A stretch of 63,931 nt of DNA, filler included, from Folioceros fuciformis (lineage: Eukaryota): the NCBI GenBank assembly GCA_049999805.1. It is 20 parts of 20 records of this genome, joined end to end, with 100 filler letters (N's around TTAATTAATTAA, not from the genome) between each part and the next. Parts side by side here need not be neighbours in the genome. Positions count along the whole stretch, not along the records: positions 8,737 to 14,827 come from JBNGIO010005031.1; positions 14,928 to 16,782 come from JBNGIO010005032.1; positions 16,883 to 20,400 come from JBNGIO010005033.1; positions 20,501 to 21,651 come from JBNGIO010005034.1; positions 21,752 to 22,851 come from JBNGIO010005035.1; 15 more parts are not named here. One strand, given 5' to 3'. The notes beneath the pieces were generated by a model. The model was not told the origin of the DNA. It searched no databases and saw only the letters and a program-made list of their open reading frames with translations. Shown one piece after another: positions 10,024 to 22,951 of this stretch. Position numbers and translations under genes: made by a program. The number at the start of each line of letters is the position of its first letter. Position 1 is the first letter of the stretch.

Positions 10024-13000
10024 CTAATAGTGTTTAACGTTTGGAAGTGCCTTTGTTAATATGTCTGCTGTGTTCATATCAGTCGGTATATACTCCAGTT
10101 TGATTTGCCCAGTAGTTATTGCATTCTTGATGAAGTGATGATGCACCTCAATGTGCTTGGTGCAGGCATGAAATACTGGATTCCAAGCAAGTGTTAAATG
10201 GTGAGTGATTGTCACAATATATCATTGTTGGTTCCTCTTGTTGTTGGCCTAGATCTGCAAGCAATCTCCTCAGCCATATTTCTTCCTTGGCAGCTAAAGT
10301 GAGAGTAGTATACTCTGCTTTTGTTGATGAGAGCGAGACTGTTGACTGTTTCTTGAACGACCATGTCACAACTCCTCTTGCCAGTAGGAATGTATATGCG
10401 GAGATTGATCGTTGAGTATCTGGGTCTGATGCCCAGTCGGCATCACAGTAACCAACCAAGATAAATTGTTCTTCATCTCGTTTCCTCTTCAAATAATGTA
10501 GTCCATGATTGCATGTGCCTTTCAGATACCTCAATATCCTTTTAGCTGCTGACCAATGGATTGTATAGAGTCAGCTAACTGAGCAGATGCCTTGTGTGGG
10601 ATAGACACAAAATCAAGCAAATACAAGTCGTATAGAGGGGTTCCCCTAGCTAGCACCACTGAAGGAGATGAAAGGGGAGAGATCACACACTCTAACCCTT
10701 CAAAGGTAATCCTATACTTACCTATTTTGCCTAGAGCCATAGTGCTCACTAAGTTCTTGGTCAGGGTTGGGACATACAAGGTGTTTTCCAATTGAAACAT
10801 CTCTCCTCTCTGGAGCATTACATGTACTGTACCAGATCCTCTAATAGGCAATTCTGAACTATCTCCTAACACTACTGCTGCTGTATGACAGGTTGGTACT
10901 GACTCAAAGGAAACAAATGCTGTACGACGTGAACACATGATTCGAGGCTCCACTATCTAGGAACCAACTTTGTGAGTCTAACCTTGTGGAAGACAAACAA
11001 GTTAGTAGCAACCCTGGTGTGGAGGCTATGGTTGAATGTGCTTCTGGCTGCTTTCCTTTTATTACAATAGTAGCTGCTTCGTCTAACTTCTTCTTGCGGC
11101 ATTCTTTGATACAGTGTCCTGGCTTGTGGTAGTAATTGCAGACTCCTGGTTTCTTGCTGCTTGATGCATTAGGGTTGGAAGCTGACTGGAACGTTTGTCC
11201 CCTGCCACGACCAAAGGCCACCACGACCTCTGCTTCTGCCTCGCCCTCGCCCACTGAAGAGAGCTATATCACTGTGCCGGTGAGGATGCCCACTTGAACC
11301 TACTCCTTTCATCAGCTTCCTGTTTAACTCAACATGAAGTAGTGCTCCCACTAACTTCTGCACAGTGAGGCTTGATGTTGCAGGTGTACCCTTTGAGGCT
11401 GTGGTGGAGGTTGTTGCCGCCTACTGACTTGCGCTCCACTACTCGTAGCTGGGAGGTAAGAGGCAGAGCAATTGCATAGCTGCTCGTCCTTCATCCAGCA
11501 CTACACCACAAGCAGCCAGTCTTGCTCTTGCTGCTCTGAACTTTGCTACATGACTTTCAACAGTGTCTGACTCCCGCATTTTCAAACCCTGGAAGTGCTG
11601 AGTAGCTGCCATCTTTGTCATGATATCTTTTGATTCGTAAGTATCTGACAGGAGAGTCCAAATGCAGATTGAGATAATTTCGAGTGTGGTATCATCTCTT
11701 GAGATACACTAGCCACAAGTATGTTCTTTGCTTTTCTATTCTTATGTTCCCATTCTAACTCATCCTTCGTGTTCCACATTTTTGTTGTTCCTCCAGGAGT
11801 TGTTGTGCTGCAGGGCTGCCCAGCAACCTGTTTGGGTTGCGATCCATCAACCACTCCCATCAGCAACTTCTCCTCCAACGGGCAACTCATACGAAAACTC
11901 CAAGAATCATAGTTTGATGAGGTTAGCCTATCCCTTTCTTGGAGACACTCCAACCCAGCATCAGTCGAAGTCGTTGCCATTGCTACTATCCAACTTCAAC
12001 AATTCAGAGAGTGGCTGACCCTGCAGCAGGTAACCGGCTTGTCAGGGTGTCTACTTCTACAATCAACTGCTTTTGAAAAACCTCCAGGTTCGCAACAATG
12101 ATCATGTCATCTTGTCGGATCTTTTCGTAACTTGCCATTCGTCTTTCCAGGCACTCAATCCTGTGTTGGGAGATCAGCAACTTGCTGTGTATATTCATCA
12201 TGGAATTTAACAGAATGTCTTCATTCGTAACCGTTTTACGAGCAAAATTTCTCCCGTGTGCGCAATTCCCTTTCGGCTCACCAGTGCATAGGCTGCTATA
12301 ATTTGTTAAAATCTTAGCAGTAGGATTGCATCTAATCTAGCATGATTAGGATTGCATATAGTCTAACATGATCAAGATGCAATGTTCAGAGAGATATTTC
12401 GTTTTAGTCTCTAAAAAGTGTATACAAAGTGTGTCTTAAATAGCGTCACTGGGTGTCTCTTTCGAAGAGGCACACCCGTTCGTAATTATTAAATACTATT
12501 AATTACGGTCAACGGTAACTACCTGGTCAGCAGGGTTATGGGCAGATTATCCATTTTGGAACATAATTCTTGGCCCGAGATGATTCGGGTGCTTCTTTAT
12601 CTGAAAAATGTTTTATCAAGAAAGATTGTAAAAACCTCCTCCTACCTGCTTCCTGTAGCGGAGTGATAGGTTCTTGGAAATACAACCGCTCAAATTCAGT
12701 GGAAAAACAATTCAGATCTGTCCCCTTGGACTTGAGGAATCTCTCTGACTCAAGAAGCCAAGGGCTCTTCTGAGGCATTTTTATTATGCCTCCTACGCAT
12801 TGTGCATTAGGCAAGAAAGTCACATACACATAAGATAATTCATTTCTCTTGAGAAAAATAAATGCACTCAGACTCTAGATGATGAATGGGAAGACCCAAG
12901 GATCAAAGCGTTGAGCTCTGATACCATGTTCACATTCTTCAATGCTTGCACACAAACATGATCCTCAAAAGCACACACATTCATTGCATAGTGATTGATA

Positions 13001-13124
13001 CAAAAAACGCTCATAAAGCAAGCAACTGCCATAACCGCTAAAACAACCAAATAAACTATGTAACCTAACTAAGTAATAATATTGGTAATGTATAGTATTT
13101 AAATGTCATAAAATACTTTCAACA
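10024..13124 (-). mobile_element. Internally deleted Ty1/copia LTR retrotransposon (5' LTR, PBS, leader, gag, protease, RT end/RNase H)
   Basis: LTR about 12927-13124 (TGTT...AACA), PBS TGGTATCAGAGC at 12926-12915, gag from 11980 with frameshifts and stops, zinc knuckle, WFLDSGASNH protease, then a direct jump to HWSAAKRILRYLKGT...GYCDADWA...ADILTKAL. Confidence 0.9.
12915..12926 (-). promoter_or_regulatory. Primer-binding site complementary to initiator tRNA-Met
   Basis: TGGTATCAGAGC on the minus strand, immediately after an LTR ending in CA. Confidence 0.9.
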
Positions 13125-14362
13125 AGAACTATGTCTCCTCTAGTAATGCTTGAAATGACCAGGATAGGTTGTTTGCCATGCAACATCTCTCTGAAGAGGA
13201 TGGGTAGAATGATGAGAGATGGTACATTGATTCAGGAGCATCAAACCACATGACTCTGCATGGCGAGTGGTTTAACAAGATGGATGCAGGTCCCCATGGT
13301 CATGTGTGTACAGGAGATGACACACAACATGACATAAAGCACAGAGGAATTGTTCCTCTTAGGATGCCGAATGGTCAGCAGAAGAGTCTGCAAGATGTGT
13401 TGCATGTTCCAACCATTACGAAGAACCTGTTGTCTGTTGGACGGATGGCTGAACAAAATCTGTAGGTTCGATTCAATAAAGATGGATGCTTATTGAAGAA
13501 TATGACAGAGGGCGCAAACTGATTGCTAAAGGTAGTAGGAATGGACGGATGTTCACTCTGGATGCATCTCTTCCAGAGCTAAATGCAGCAATGTTTACAA
13601 ATGATGCAGGTGCCATACGTGATGTTGAAATATGGCATAAGAGGATTGGGCATGTGAACATAGAGAAGTTGAAATCTATGCAATAGAAAAGTGTGGTGGA
13701 AGGATTGCCCAAGTTCAAGTATGCTGATCTTGGTCATGTGTGTTTTGCATGTCAATTTGGAAAACAGTCAAGGTTTCCATTTGTGCGACACGTGCAGAAC
13801 AGCTCGAGACCTTTGCAATTGATACACTCTGATGTATGGGGTCCTTCACAGAATGCATCGTTTGGAGGAGCCCACTACTATGTCTCTTTCATTGATGATT
13901 TCAGCAGGTACACGTGGCTGTACATATTGAAGCATAAGGATGAAGTGTTCGAGTCTTTCAAGGACTTCAAAAAGCATGCTGAAAATGAATTCAGCTGCTC
14001 CATCTCTTGTCTAAGATCAGATGGAGGGGGAGAATATGTCTCAAATGAGTTTGACAGGTATCTTGCAGATCATGGTATATGAAGGCAGCTGACTTGCAGA
14101 TACACAACACAGCAGAATGGTGTTGCAGAGACGAAGAACAGGGTAGTCATGGAAACAGCAAGGGTAATGCTGAATGAGAAGTGCTTACATATTGATTATT
14201 GGGCAGAAGTAGTGATGACAGCAGTGTATGTACTGAATCGAACTCCTACGGCAGGAATTCATGATGCTACACCAATTGAGAGACCATATGCGTATAAGCC
14301 GGATATTAGGCACTTGAAAGTATTTGCATGCATTGCATATGTGCATGTACTTGATGAGAAGC
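13125..14362 (+). mobile_element. Ty1/copia pol fragment (protease, GAG-pre-integrase, integrase), degenerate
   Basis: WYIDSGASNHM, WHKRIGH, CFAC, IHSDVWGP, FIDDFSRY, LRSDGGGEY and QNGVAE motifs, with several in-frame stops. Cut on both sides by other insertions. Confidence 0.92.
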
Positions 14363-14827
14363 TGTGGAGTGATTTCTTGCACACCCAAGAACCACCAAGG
14401 GGCCACACTTCCCCTTATTATCGTTGTAGTCTTATGATTCGCTCCCAAGGGAGTGAACTAATGTTAAGGTTACCTACATCCTTCTAATCTCACCCTATCT
14501 ATCAGCATATACCAAGTGCTACAACAATAGATCAGAATTCTCGGTCCTGTCTTCGGCTCATACCACAACACCAACTCCAGCCTCAACAAAATGAGAACTC
14601 TAGCATTGTCTTCAGCCCTCATTTCCAGCTCCAAGTATCAATCACTTCAGCGCTGAGAGGAGGCTCCAGCCCCAAGTCTGGCCTCCAACTCTCAGCACCT
14701 AGTGCTAACTACCTCCGCAGTTGAACGAGAACCTCAACTTCAGCTAGCTCCTCACTCCAGCTTCAACACTTCATTCCACCACTTCAGCACTTCACCCCAG
14801 CATTTCAGTCCTTCACTTCAGCACTTC
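14363..14827 (-). mobile_element. Probable LTR inserted into the copia integrase (inverted orientation)
   Basis: Integrase homology stops abruptly after ...HVLDEK. The new sequence starts TGTGGAG, the reverse complement of the CTCCACA LTR end at 9979/63013, and has CTTCAGCA-rich tracts. Confidence 0.5.
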
Positions 14828-14927
14828 NNNNNNNNNNNNNNNNNNNNNNNNNNNNNNNNNNNNNNNNNNNNTTAATTAATTAANNNNNNNNNNNNNNNNN
14901 NNNNNNNNNNNNNNNNNNNNNNNNNNN

Positions 14928-16782
14928 AAATACGTCTTTGAAGGAGCTCTGCTTTTGGTATTGCGACGGACTCGACGATGAGCTGTTCAGAGAATTGATG
15001 CAGGCCCTCCAAGTCAACACCACTTTACGGAAGATCGACATAAGCCGTACAAGATGGGGTGGTGAGGGAAAGCAGGCCATCATCAACGCGAAGTTGGCAC
15101 GCAATGTTTGTGACAGGGCCTACTGGCCTTTGCTTTTGGAGGGGCAAGTGCCTGTGAAGCCCAGGGTAGGCCGCCTTTTCCTGTGCGGTGCACCTTACGC
15201 AGGGAAGACCACTCTCCGAAACACCATGATCACCGCATGGCGCGCACCGCAACCACACACATCAGATTCTGCACCGCAACCACCCACATCAGATTCCACA
15301 GGAGCCGCATCAGCCATCCAACTCCCATGGTGGGAACAATTGAACTTGCTATTGTCTCTAGCTTTGAGACGTCCCCGGTTGGATCATGTTCCACGCACAG
15401 GAGCGGCATCACCCAGCCAGGTGGATACTGTCCCCAGAACGGAAGGCATAGAAATCGAGGTGCTGCGCAACGACCACGAGATGGAAGTTACCATTTGGGA
15501 TCTGGCTGGACAAGCTCACTACCGAGTTCTGCAAGACTACTTATTCCCCAGCTTCAACCAGACGTGTGTCTTCTTGTACACATTCAACCCGTTTGATGCC
15601 GGCAAGCTTAGTGGACCCCTCCCGTCTACTGAAATGCTGTTAGACAAGTTCACAAACAGCTTCAAGTTCTGGCTTAGATTCATCCACTCTAATTCTCGCA
15701 ACGTGGGTTCTTGTTTGCCTCGGGTATTTGTGGTTGTCACTCATAAGGATCAGATGCAGGCTCTGGAGGTTGAAACACTAGTCGAACTGCTGCAACCAGT
15801 CGTGGACGAGTTGGCCCAGGATTTTGAGGAGGTACTTCATGTTACGACAACCCATCTATTCTTCATGGATGCTCGATCTACGCACACCGTGCACCCCGTG
15901 CTGGAGGAACTATTCCAATCGTTTCGACAGCTATTTGGACTTCCTCTGTTTTGGGTTCCGGAGCCATGCAACCGACTCAGTGCTGTTTTGACACAGTGGG
16001 TATCTCGAAATCCAGCTGAGCCTATTATCACCAAGGAGCGATGCAAAGAGTTGTTTCAACAAGATGATGAGCAACGCCTTCAAGCAATTCTTGCCTATCT
16101 CCACGATGCAGGCAGAGTCATCTGCTTCCAAGATGTAGATGCTGTGGTGGTGAATCCACAATGGATGAGTCATTCGTTTCTGGGCCGCCTCATCCAGCGC
16201 CTAGCCAGACAGCCTTGCGTGGGAAGATTCAATGATGGATTTGTTGCTACAACTTTGCTGCATGGAACCTTGAACGACATCCTGGACCACACGCAAGTGC
16301 AGGGCATTCGTGCTGAATACCTGGTATTATTGATGAAGAGACTAAACTTGTGCTACGAAGATCATGCCAATCGAAGCCCAGGATTCTTCGTTCCCTTCAC
16401 CTTGGATGACGCTGAAGGTAAAGCTCTTCAAGGGAAACGACCGTTGGATTGGAATGGTGGTGCGGCGTCCAAGTACAGTTACGTAGGGAGACGGCTACAA
16501 TGCCGAGATGGTAGAAAAACGTTTCTCGGTCCAGGCTGCTTTCTAAGATTCCAGGTACGTTGCCTTCTGAGCTGTCTCTTTTGTTAGTCATTTAACCTCT
16601 CTTGTGTTTCATGACACGGCCAATGCTTGTGCATTGCAGGTCAAGTTACGACAGGTCTTGTTCGATGGGCTCTTCGGTATGCAGTCTCATCAGTATAGCA
16701 TTGCGCGTAACTTGATCAGATTTAACTACGATGGTATGGACGTGTTTTTGGAGAGCAGTGGGGATATTCGGGACGAGACCGG
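14928..16782 (+). CDS. TORNADO1-like Roco protein (LRR-Roc GTPase-COR), internal fragment
   Basis: RI-like LRR (LMQALQVNTTLRKIDIS), P-loop CGAPYAGKTTL, RTEGIEI, G3 IWDLAGQ, G4 VVTHKD and COR LAYLHDAGRVI...VVVNPQWM. GT-AG intron at 16555-16639; the frame is open at both contig ends. Confidence 0.9.
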
Positions 16783-17449
16783 NNNNNNNNNNNNNNNNNN
16801 NNNNNNNNNNNNNNNNNNNNNNNNNNTTAATTAATTAANNNNNNNNNNNNNNNNNNNNNNNNNNNNNNNNNNNNNNNNNNNNGGCGTGCGGTGTGTGCAC
16901 ATAGAGCTAGTAGTTGCTGCCGTGGGCCGGTGCTAACGTGCTCCTGCGGCGGAATCCAAAGGACGTCCCTCCCTGCGCGCACCTGGAATCGCTTCCGCGC
17001 GTGCCAGCGCTCCAACGAAAGGACGACGCCGTGCGGCACTTGGGATCGCTCGCGCGCGCGCATGCGTCATGTCGGGCCCGGCCGATGTGGACATGCATGA
17101 GCCGTGCGACGTGGCCCCCGCAGCCAAGACGAGTCGGACAAGGACCATGGCGCGATATGTGTATAAAGACACGCCCACGGGATTAGCATTGGTCGACGCT
17201 GAGGAGGACAGTTAGAGATGCATTTGCTCAAGCGTCTTGCCTCTAAGAGATTCTTTTTTAACTAATAATATGTTTGGTTCATAGGTGGGCTTATAAAGGA
17301 TGATTACGAGGGGGTGTGTTCGTTCACTAGCCTACTAGTTAACTAACTACCAACTAGCTGAGTCTACTTTGACTAATCCACATTGGGTCTGGTCTAGTCG
17401 ACTTTAACCAACGCTGTCTCCATTATTTCTAACTCTCCCTCTCAGACAC

Positions 17450-20400
17450 GTGGAGTTATCTGAGATCTCCGTAAAACAAAAGGAGAGGTTTGCCCGAGAT
17501 CGCATCTAACCCAAATAAGGCTGATTGTGACGTGATCTTGAGGTTAGCACCAGGAAAAATCAAGCAAAGCCATCTGCCTACCTCCCTCTAGATCTCTTGG
17601 GCAAAGTTGCAATGATAGAACATGTGTTGGCTCTTGTTCGGGGCCCTAGCGGTGCACAGCCAACACACATCCTCCCCCGTTGCAGCTGAAAGCCCATCCC
17701 AACGATCTGCATTAGGCAGACATGCTTGAAAGAAACACCAAACCGTAAACCTGACCTTGGTGGGGATTCATGCAGATTTCCATAGCAGCTTGATGGCTTC
17801 CCTTTGTCGTCGTCCAGCTAATTGCAATTGGGGAGCCATCGGTTGTCTTTGTTTGATTTTCTACGCTCGCAGCAACCGAAGGAACAAGTCCGCCATTGGG
17901 AAGTTGAAGAAAGATCGAGGGGGAGCCTTCTTACATCCTAGACGCCTAGGCCACCTGTAGAGATCTGGTCTGAAGGTCAGGGCCCAATTCTCTCCTAGTC
18001 GGAACCAACACTAGACCTTTGCTTTATCGGAGGTATGTGGCCCAATTGGACGTTCGCCAGGGAGGCACCATCGCCTTGCTCGAGCAGACTTAACGAGAAC
18101 AATGATAGCCCGCAATTCTCCTCCTTGGGCTTCCCCGTCGTCCCTACCTTGGTGTTCCAAAAATCCATCAGGCGACATGACCTTGAAAGACTTCAATGAC
18201 TAATTGCCCTCCGAACCTGCAAGCTAGACCGCCCTATCTAGCTCTAATGCCTCCACCTGATCATCCTCCTCCTCCGAGTCGACTCCCCTACTATCCATGG
18301 AGAAAGCATACCACCCTTCACCTCCTATGGTCGGTTGTTGCCTTAAGAGCTGTTGCACCTTATCTTCAAGCCCCTTGTGCAACCACACGAAAATGAGTCT
18401 GGCGTGTTGGGCCCCTAAGCAAAATTCCCCTTTAACCTCCTTTATCTCCTTCCAACGAGCCTCTGATCTATTCCATAGATGACCAAGTTGGATAACACCC
18501 CTCAGACAAGCCAACCCGAAAATTTGTGACCGGTATACCCTTGGCCTGAACTCCTGCACCCACAACCTCGAGAACCCCTGCAAAGGAATACCAAGAACAT
18601 CATCCGCATAAGAAAATTCACCCAAAATAAGATATTGTCTAACCTCCAAGTAATTGCTCCAGATGGATTTGAAGAGTGGGGAGCATTCTGCAGTATTGAG
18701 AATCGGTTTGTCAGCCAGAATGTTGTCAATAGACCTCCTACCTCTGGGGACAGCTTGGGTGCACTCTAGATGCTGTGTTAGAAGGCTCTTTCTAGGGATA
18801 GTACGTCGGATCAGCAACCCTGACAACCCACTGAGCATGCAACACTTTCATCTTGGCAACTGGGTCCACTACCCCAAGACCCCCCAAATCACGCGCCTGT
18901 ATAATATGCTGCCAAGCCACTTTAGAGCACCCAGCCTTCTTATCCCCCAAACGCTTCCATAGGAAAGAGGTTAGCACCTATTGTAAGTGTTTCACCTCTA
19001 ACTTGGAAGGGGCCCATAAAAACAGATCATACCATAAAGAGGCAGTAAGAAAATGATTAATCACCACCAGCCTTCCTGCCAAATTGAGCTCCAGCAACTA
19101 AAGACTAGCCGCCTTGCGAATGAACCTAAGGGAAACGTACTTCCCAATCTCCCCACTCTCATCCCCCTCTTGGAACGGAAGCCCCAAATACTTGTCGATA
19201 GAGCCCTACATCACTCGCTTGATGTGATTGATACATTGAGGAGGCCCTCCATTCAAGTGAAGACACATCATGCGCGTCTTACTCCAATTCACCTTGCAGC
19301 CAGATAGTTCACCAAAAACCTGGACCTGTTGGAGCAATGCTTTCAATGATGCCTCCTCCGCCAAAGAAAAAAGAAGAGTATCATCTGCGAATGCAAAGAC
19401 CCTTAGCTGCGTTCCGTCAGGGTTCCGAATACCCACCACTGCCGGGTCTTGCTTGACTGCTCTGAGAAAGAAGTCAGTGACGATGATAAATAAGAACGGA
19501 GCAAGGGGGCAACCTTGACGTACCGACCGAGAGATGCCAAAGCATTCCGTAAAAGACCCATTAACAGCCACTTTGGCTCCTAGGTCTTCAGTCAAAATGG
19601 CTATCCATCTGCAGAAATTATTCCCAAACCCGAAGCTACGCAGGCATCGCCACAGGAAATGCCATTCAACAGAATCATAAGCCTTATAAAAGTCAAGGGA
19701 AATGAAAACGGCGGCTTTCTTCTGTACCTGAGTGTTGTACTTCGCTTCCCTCAACAATAGTAAATTGTCGAGGGTGCACCTATTCTGAATGAACCCTCGC
19801 TGCTCCTTCTCAATCCAATCATCAAGGAAGGGTGTAATTCGGTTAGCCAGTACCTTAGCAGTCACCTTGTACGTGGTAGTGAGCAAGGTAATCGGGCGCC
19901 AATTGGAGATTGATACGCTGGCATCTTGCTTAGGGAGTAGGGAGATAACCCCCATGTTGAACCATCTCCCCATACTACCTTCTTCCCAAAACATACTGAC
20001 CGCTTCCATGAATAACGGCTGCATAAAATTCCACCCCCAAAGCAAGAACTCGGGAGGGATACCATCATGTCCCGGGGATTTGTCCCTCGGCATCCCCTTC
20101 AGGGCCTGGAGCACCTCGTCAGCAGTTATCGGCTTATCCAAAGCCCTGCGCTGATCATCCGACACTTTAGCTGAAAGTGCACCATAAGAAGAAGACCAAA
20201 GCCTTTCCCACCTTGCCACCTTCCCAACGTTGGAAAATATGCCAACAAAGAAGAGGGTAATAAGCATTTTTAAACCTTCGAGCGATTCTTGCACCGCGCC
20301 ACATGCGTTAAGGAGGGCAGGAATCCGCGTTCGATGTCGGTTGGAGGCCACCTTGTTGGAGAAAAATTTAGAGGGGCAGTCCCCCTCCCTCACCCACTTG
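17450..20400 (-). mobile_element. L1-type non-LTR retrotransposon (LINE) ORF2: reverse transcriptase and degenerate 3' part
   Basis: KSPGHDG, NWRPITLL, SLDFYKAYDSV, RQGCPLAP.LF, FADD, GC.VN.SK, KVAW....GGLG. Frameshifts and stops below about 19200; the 3' boundary is approximate. Confidence 0.9.
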
Positions 20401-20500
20401 NNNNNNNNNNNNNNNNNNNNNNNNNNNNNNNNNNNNNNNNNNNNTTAATTAATTAANNNNNNNNNNNNNNNNNNNNNNNNNNNNNNNNNNNNNNNNNNNN

Positions 20501-21651
20501 TTACCTTACTCCCTCCCTCAGCGAGGGCACCAGGAACACCACACCGGCCGACACTTCCACTGCGTCCACTGATGCTCATTCTTTAGATCCAGAAGGTGCG
20601 CCTGCAGCGTGTCCGAGAACTGCATGCGCTGCATGCTACTCCGAACCGCTGATGGTTGAAGGCGCCTCTCACCGCTGCATATGCCCCGATTCAGCACCCC
20701 TCCACAGCGCCATCAAAGTCCTTTGCCATCACCTGCCTCGGACCTGGCCGTCTGCCGAGCACCTGTGCTGCCTGGATCCACCTGCAACCGCTCCTGCTAA
20801 CCGATCAACCCAGCCCTTGCCTGGCTCCGACTGCAACAAGCTGCTTGTCCAGCCTCCAGCAGGCTAACTACTGCGGCCACGATTCAGCCAGGCCACTGTT
20901 CAGCCAGCGGGTCTGGCTGCTTGGATCCAACTGCCAGCCCCTTACCTGGCCTGCCACCCACCTCAATCCAACATGTTCGCCAGCTCGCTGCATTCCAGCC
21001 CGCCTGGTCAGCTGGTCAAGGCCCTGCTGCCTGCTGGGATGCGCGGCCTGGATCCTGACCGGACCCTACCTACTGCCAGGCCGGGATGGCTGCTGGCTAG
21101 GTTCTTCAGCAACCCACCACCAGCCAGCAGACCTTTCCCCCCAGTCATCAGCAGCTGCCAGTCTGCCTGCCGCCAGACCGAGCTGCCTGCATGCTGACGA
21201 CCTGGGCCACCTGCTCCTTGAGCCTGCGGTCAGCCAGACCCCGGCCCACCCCAGCCCGGATCGCCCTGCCGACAGCCCGCCTGGCCGGCACTAGGCTGCC
21301 TGTCTGCAGGCGTGACCAACCACAACCAGCCTAGGCGCCCAGCCGGGCCTCCTGCACTCCGGCTGGCCGATTTTCCCAGGCAGGTCGGCAGTCCGATCAG
21401 CCAACCTATCCCCCCTGATTCGACTGGCCGACAGCCTGCTTGGGGTCTTGTAGCCAGGCCGCTGCCCAGCTTCTTGACCTCGCCCCGGCCATCCAGAGCC
21501 CCTAGCCAGCTATCCTGATGGACGCGATCCAGGATAGCCAGCCATGACTGCCTGAACACTGCGTCGCTTGGTTGCTGCTATCAGGCTGCCCCTTGTGCCT
21601 GTGGCCAGCCGGTTCCGCGGCCTAGCAGAGATCCTAGCCGGGATCCAATCC
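20501..21651. repeat. GC-rich degenerate repetitive sequence of unknown origin
   Basis: Recurrent CCAGCC, CTGGC, GGATCC and CTGCC words. The ORFs here are low-complexity and show no recognisable domain. Confidence 0.35.
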
Positions 21652-21751
21652 NNNNNNNNNNNNNNNNNNNNNNNNNNNNNNNNNNNNNNNNNNNNTTAAT
21701 TAATTAANNNNNNNNNNNNNNNNNNNNNNNNNNNNNNNNNNNNNNNNNNNN

Positions 21752-22851
21752 AGTATATCAGCTGCGTTTGATTCTGTTGGCACATATTCCAGTTTAACCT
21801 GTCCTGTTTCAACTGCATGCCTAATGAAGTGGTGGTGAACTTCCACGTGCTTAGTCCTAGCATGGAAGACAGGGTTCTGTGCTAATGCCAACGCAGACTG
21901 ATTGTCACAATAAATGATAGTCGGGCCCTTCTGTGCTTGTCCAAGATCAGTTAGCAACCTTCTCAGACATATGGCTTCCTTAGAGGCTTGTGTTAGGGCA
22001 GAATACTCTGCCTCTGTCGAGGAGAGTGATAATGTGGTTTGTTTCTTCGACGACCAAGTAACTGCTCCACCTGCAAGTAAGAAGGTGTAAGCAGAAACTG
22101 ACCTCCTAGTATCAGGATCCGCCGCCCAGTCAGCATCACAATAGCCAACTAAGGTAAGCTCCTCTTCATCATAGCCTTGTCTTGTGTAATGTATGCCATG
22201 ATCACTTGTCCCTTTGAGATATCTTAGAATTCTTTTTGTTGCTGACCAATGCACTCTCCCTGGTTTCTTCAGGTGTTGAGAAATCATGCTAACAGGGAGT
22301 GCAACATCTGCTCTGCTGTTATTGGAATAGTAAATAAGAGAGCCAACAACTTGGGCATAAGGAACTGCCTCCATCTCAAGCTTGTCAGAATCTGAGGTAG
22401 GTGATTGCTCCTTTGTCAGTTTACACCCAGCTTTGAGTGGAGTGAGTGCTGGCTTTGCATCTGTGAGTTTATACTTGAACAACATGTCGTAGATATACTT
22501 CTGCTGATGTATTGTAAGAGTTCCAGTGGCAGGGTCACGTAGGAGTTGAGTCCCCAAGCAGTATGAGAGCTCTCCAACGTCAACCATGTCAAAACGCCCA
22601 GATAAGAGTTGCTTCACCTTCGTGATGTTATCGAGGTCTGTTCCTAGTAAAATACAGTCATCAACATAGAGTGCTAATATAACAAATCCTTTGTCCTCTT
22701 GCAGAAGATAAACGTTGGAATCTGCAGCACTCTTCACGAAGGTCAGTCCTAGCAAAAACTCGTCAATGCATTGATACCAGGCCCTTGGTCTTTGCTTCAG
22801 CCCGTAGATCGTTTTGAGTAGTCGACAAACCCAGTCCTCCTTGCCTTCTAC
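21752..22851 (-). mobile_element. Ty1/copia RT-RNase H fragment
   Basis: LLKTIYGLKQ, LALYVDD, HWSATKRILRYLKGT, GYCDADWA, SSTEAEY and HARTKHVEVHHHFIR. Closely similar to 54925-56690. Confidence 0.95.
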
Positions 22852-22951
22852 NNNNNNNNNNNNNNNNNNNNNNNNNNNNNNNNNNNNNNNNNNNNTTAAT
22901 TAATTAANNNNNNNNNNNNNNNNNNNNNNNNNNNNNNNNNNNNNNNNNNNN

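Noticed and set aside
17311-17325. GGGGTGTGTTCGTT resembling a Tourist/PIF terminal inverted repeat
   Set aside because: No matching inverted end or target duplication found within the contig.
20656-21294. 212-aa ORF
   Set aside because: Low-complexity product of repetitive GC-rich sequence with no recognisable motif.
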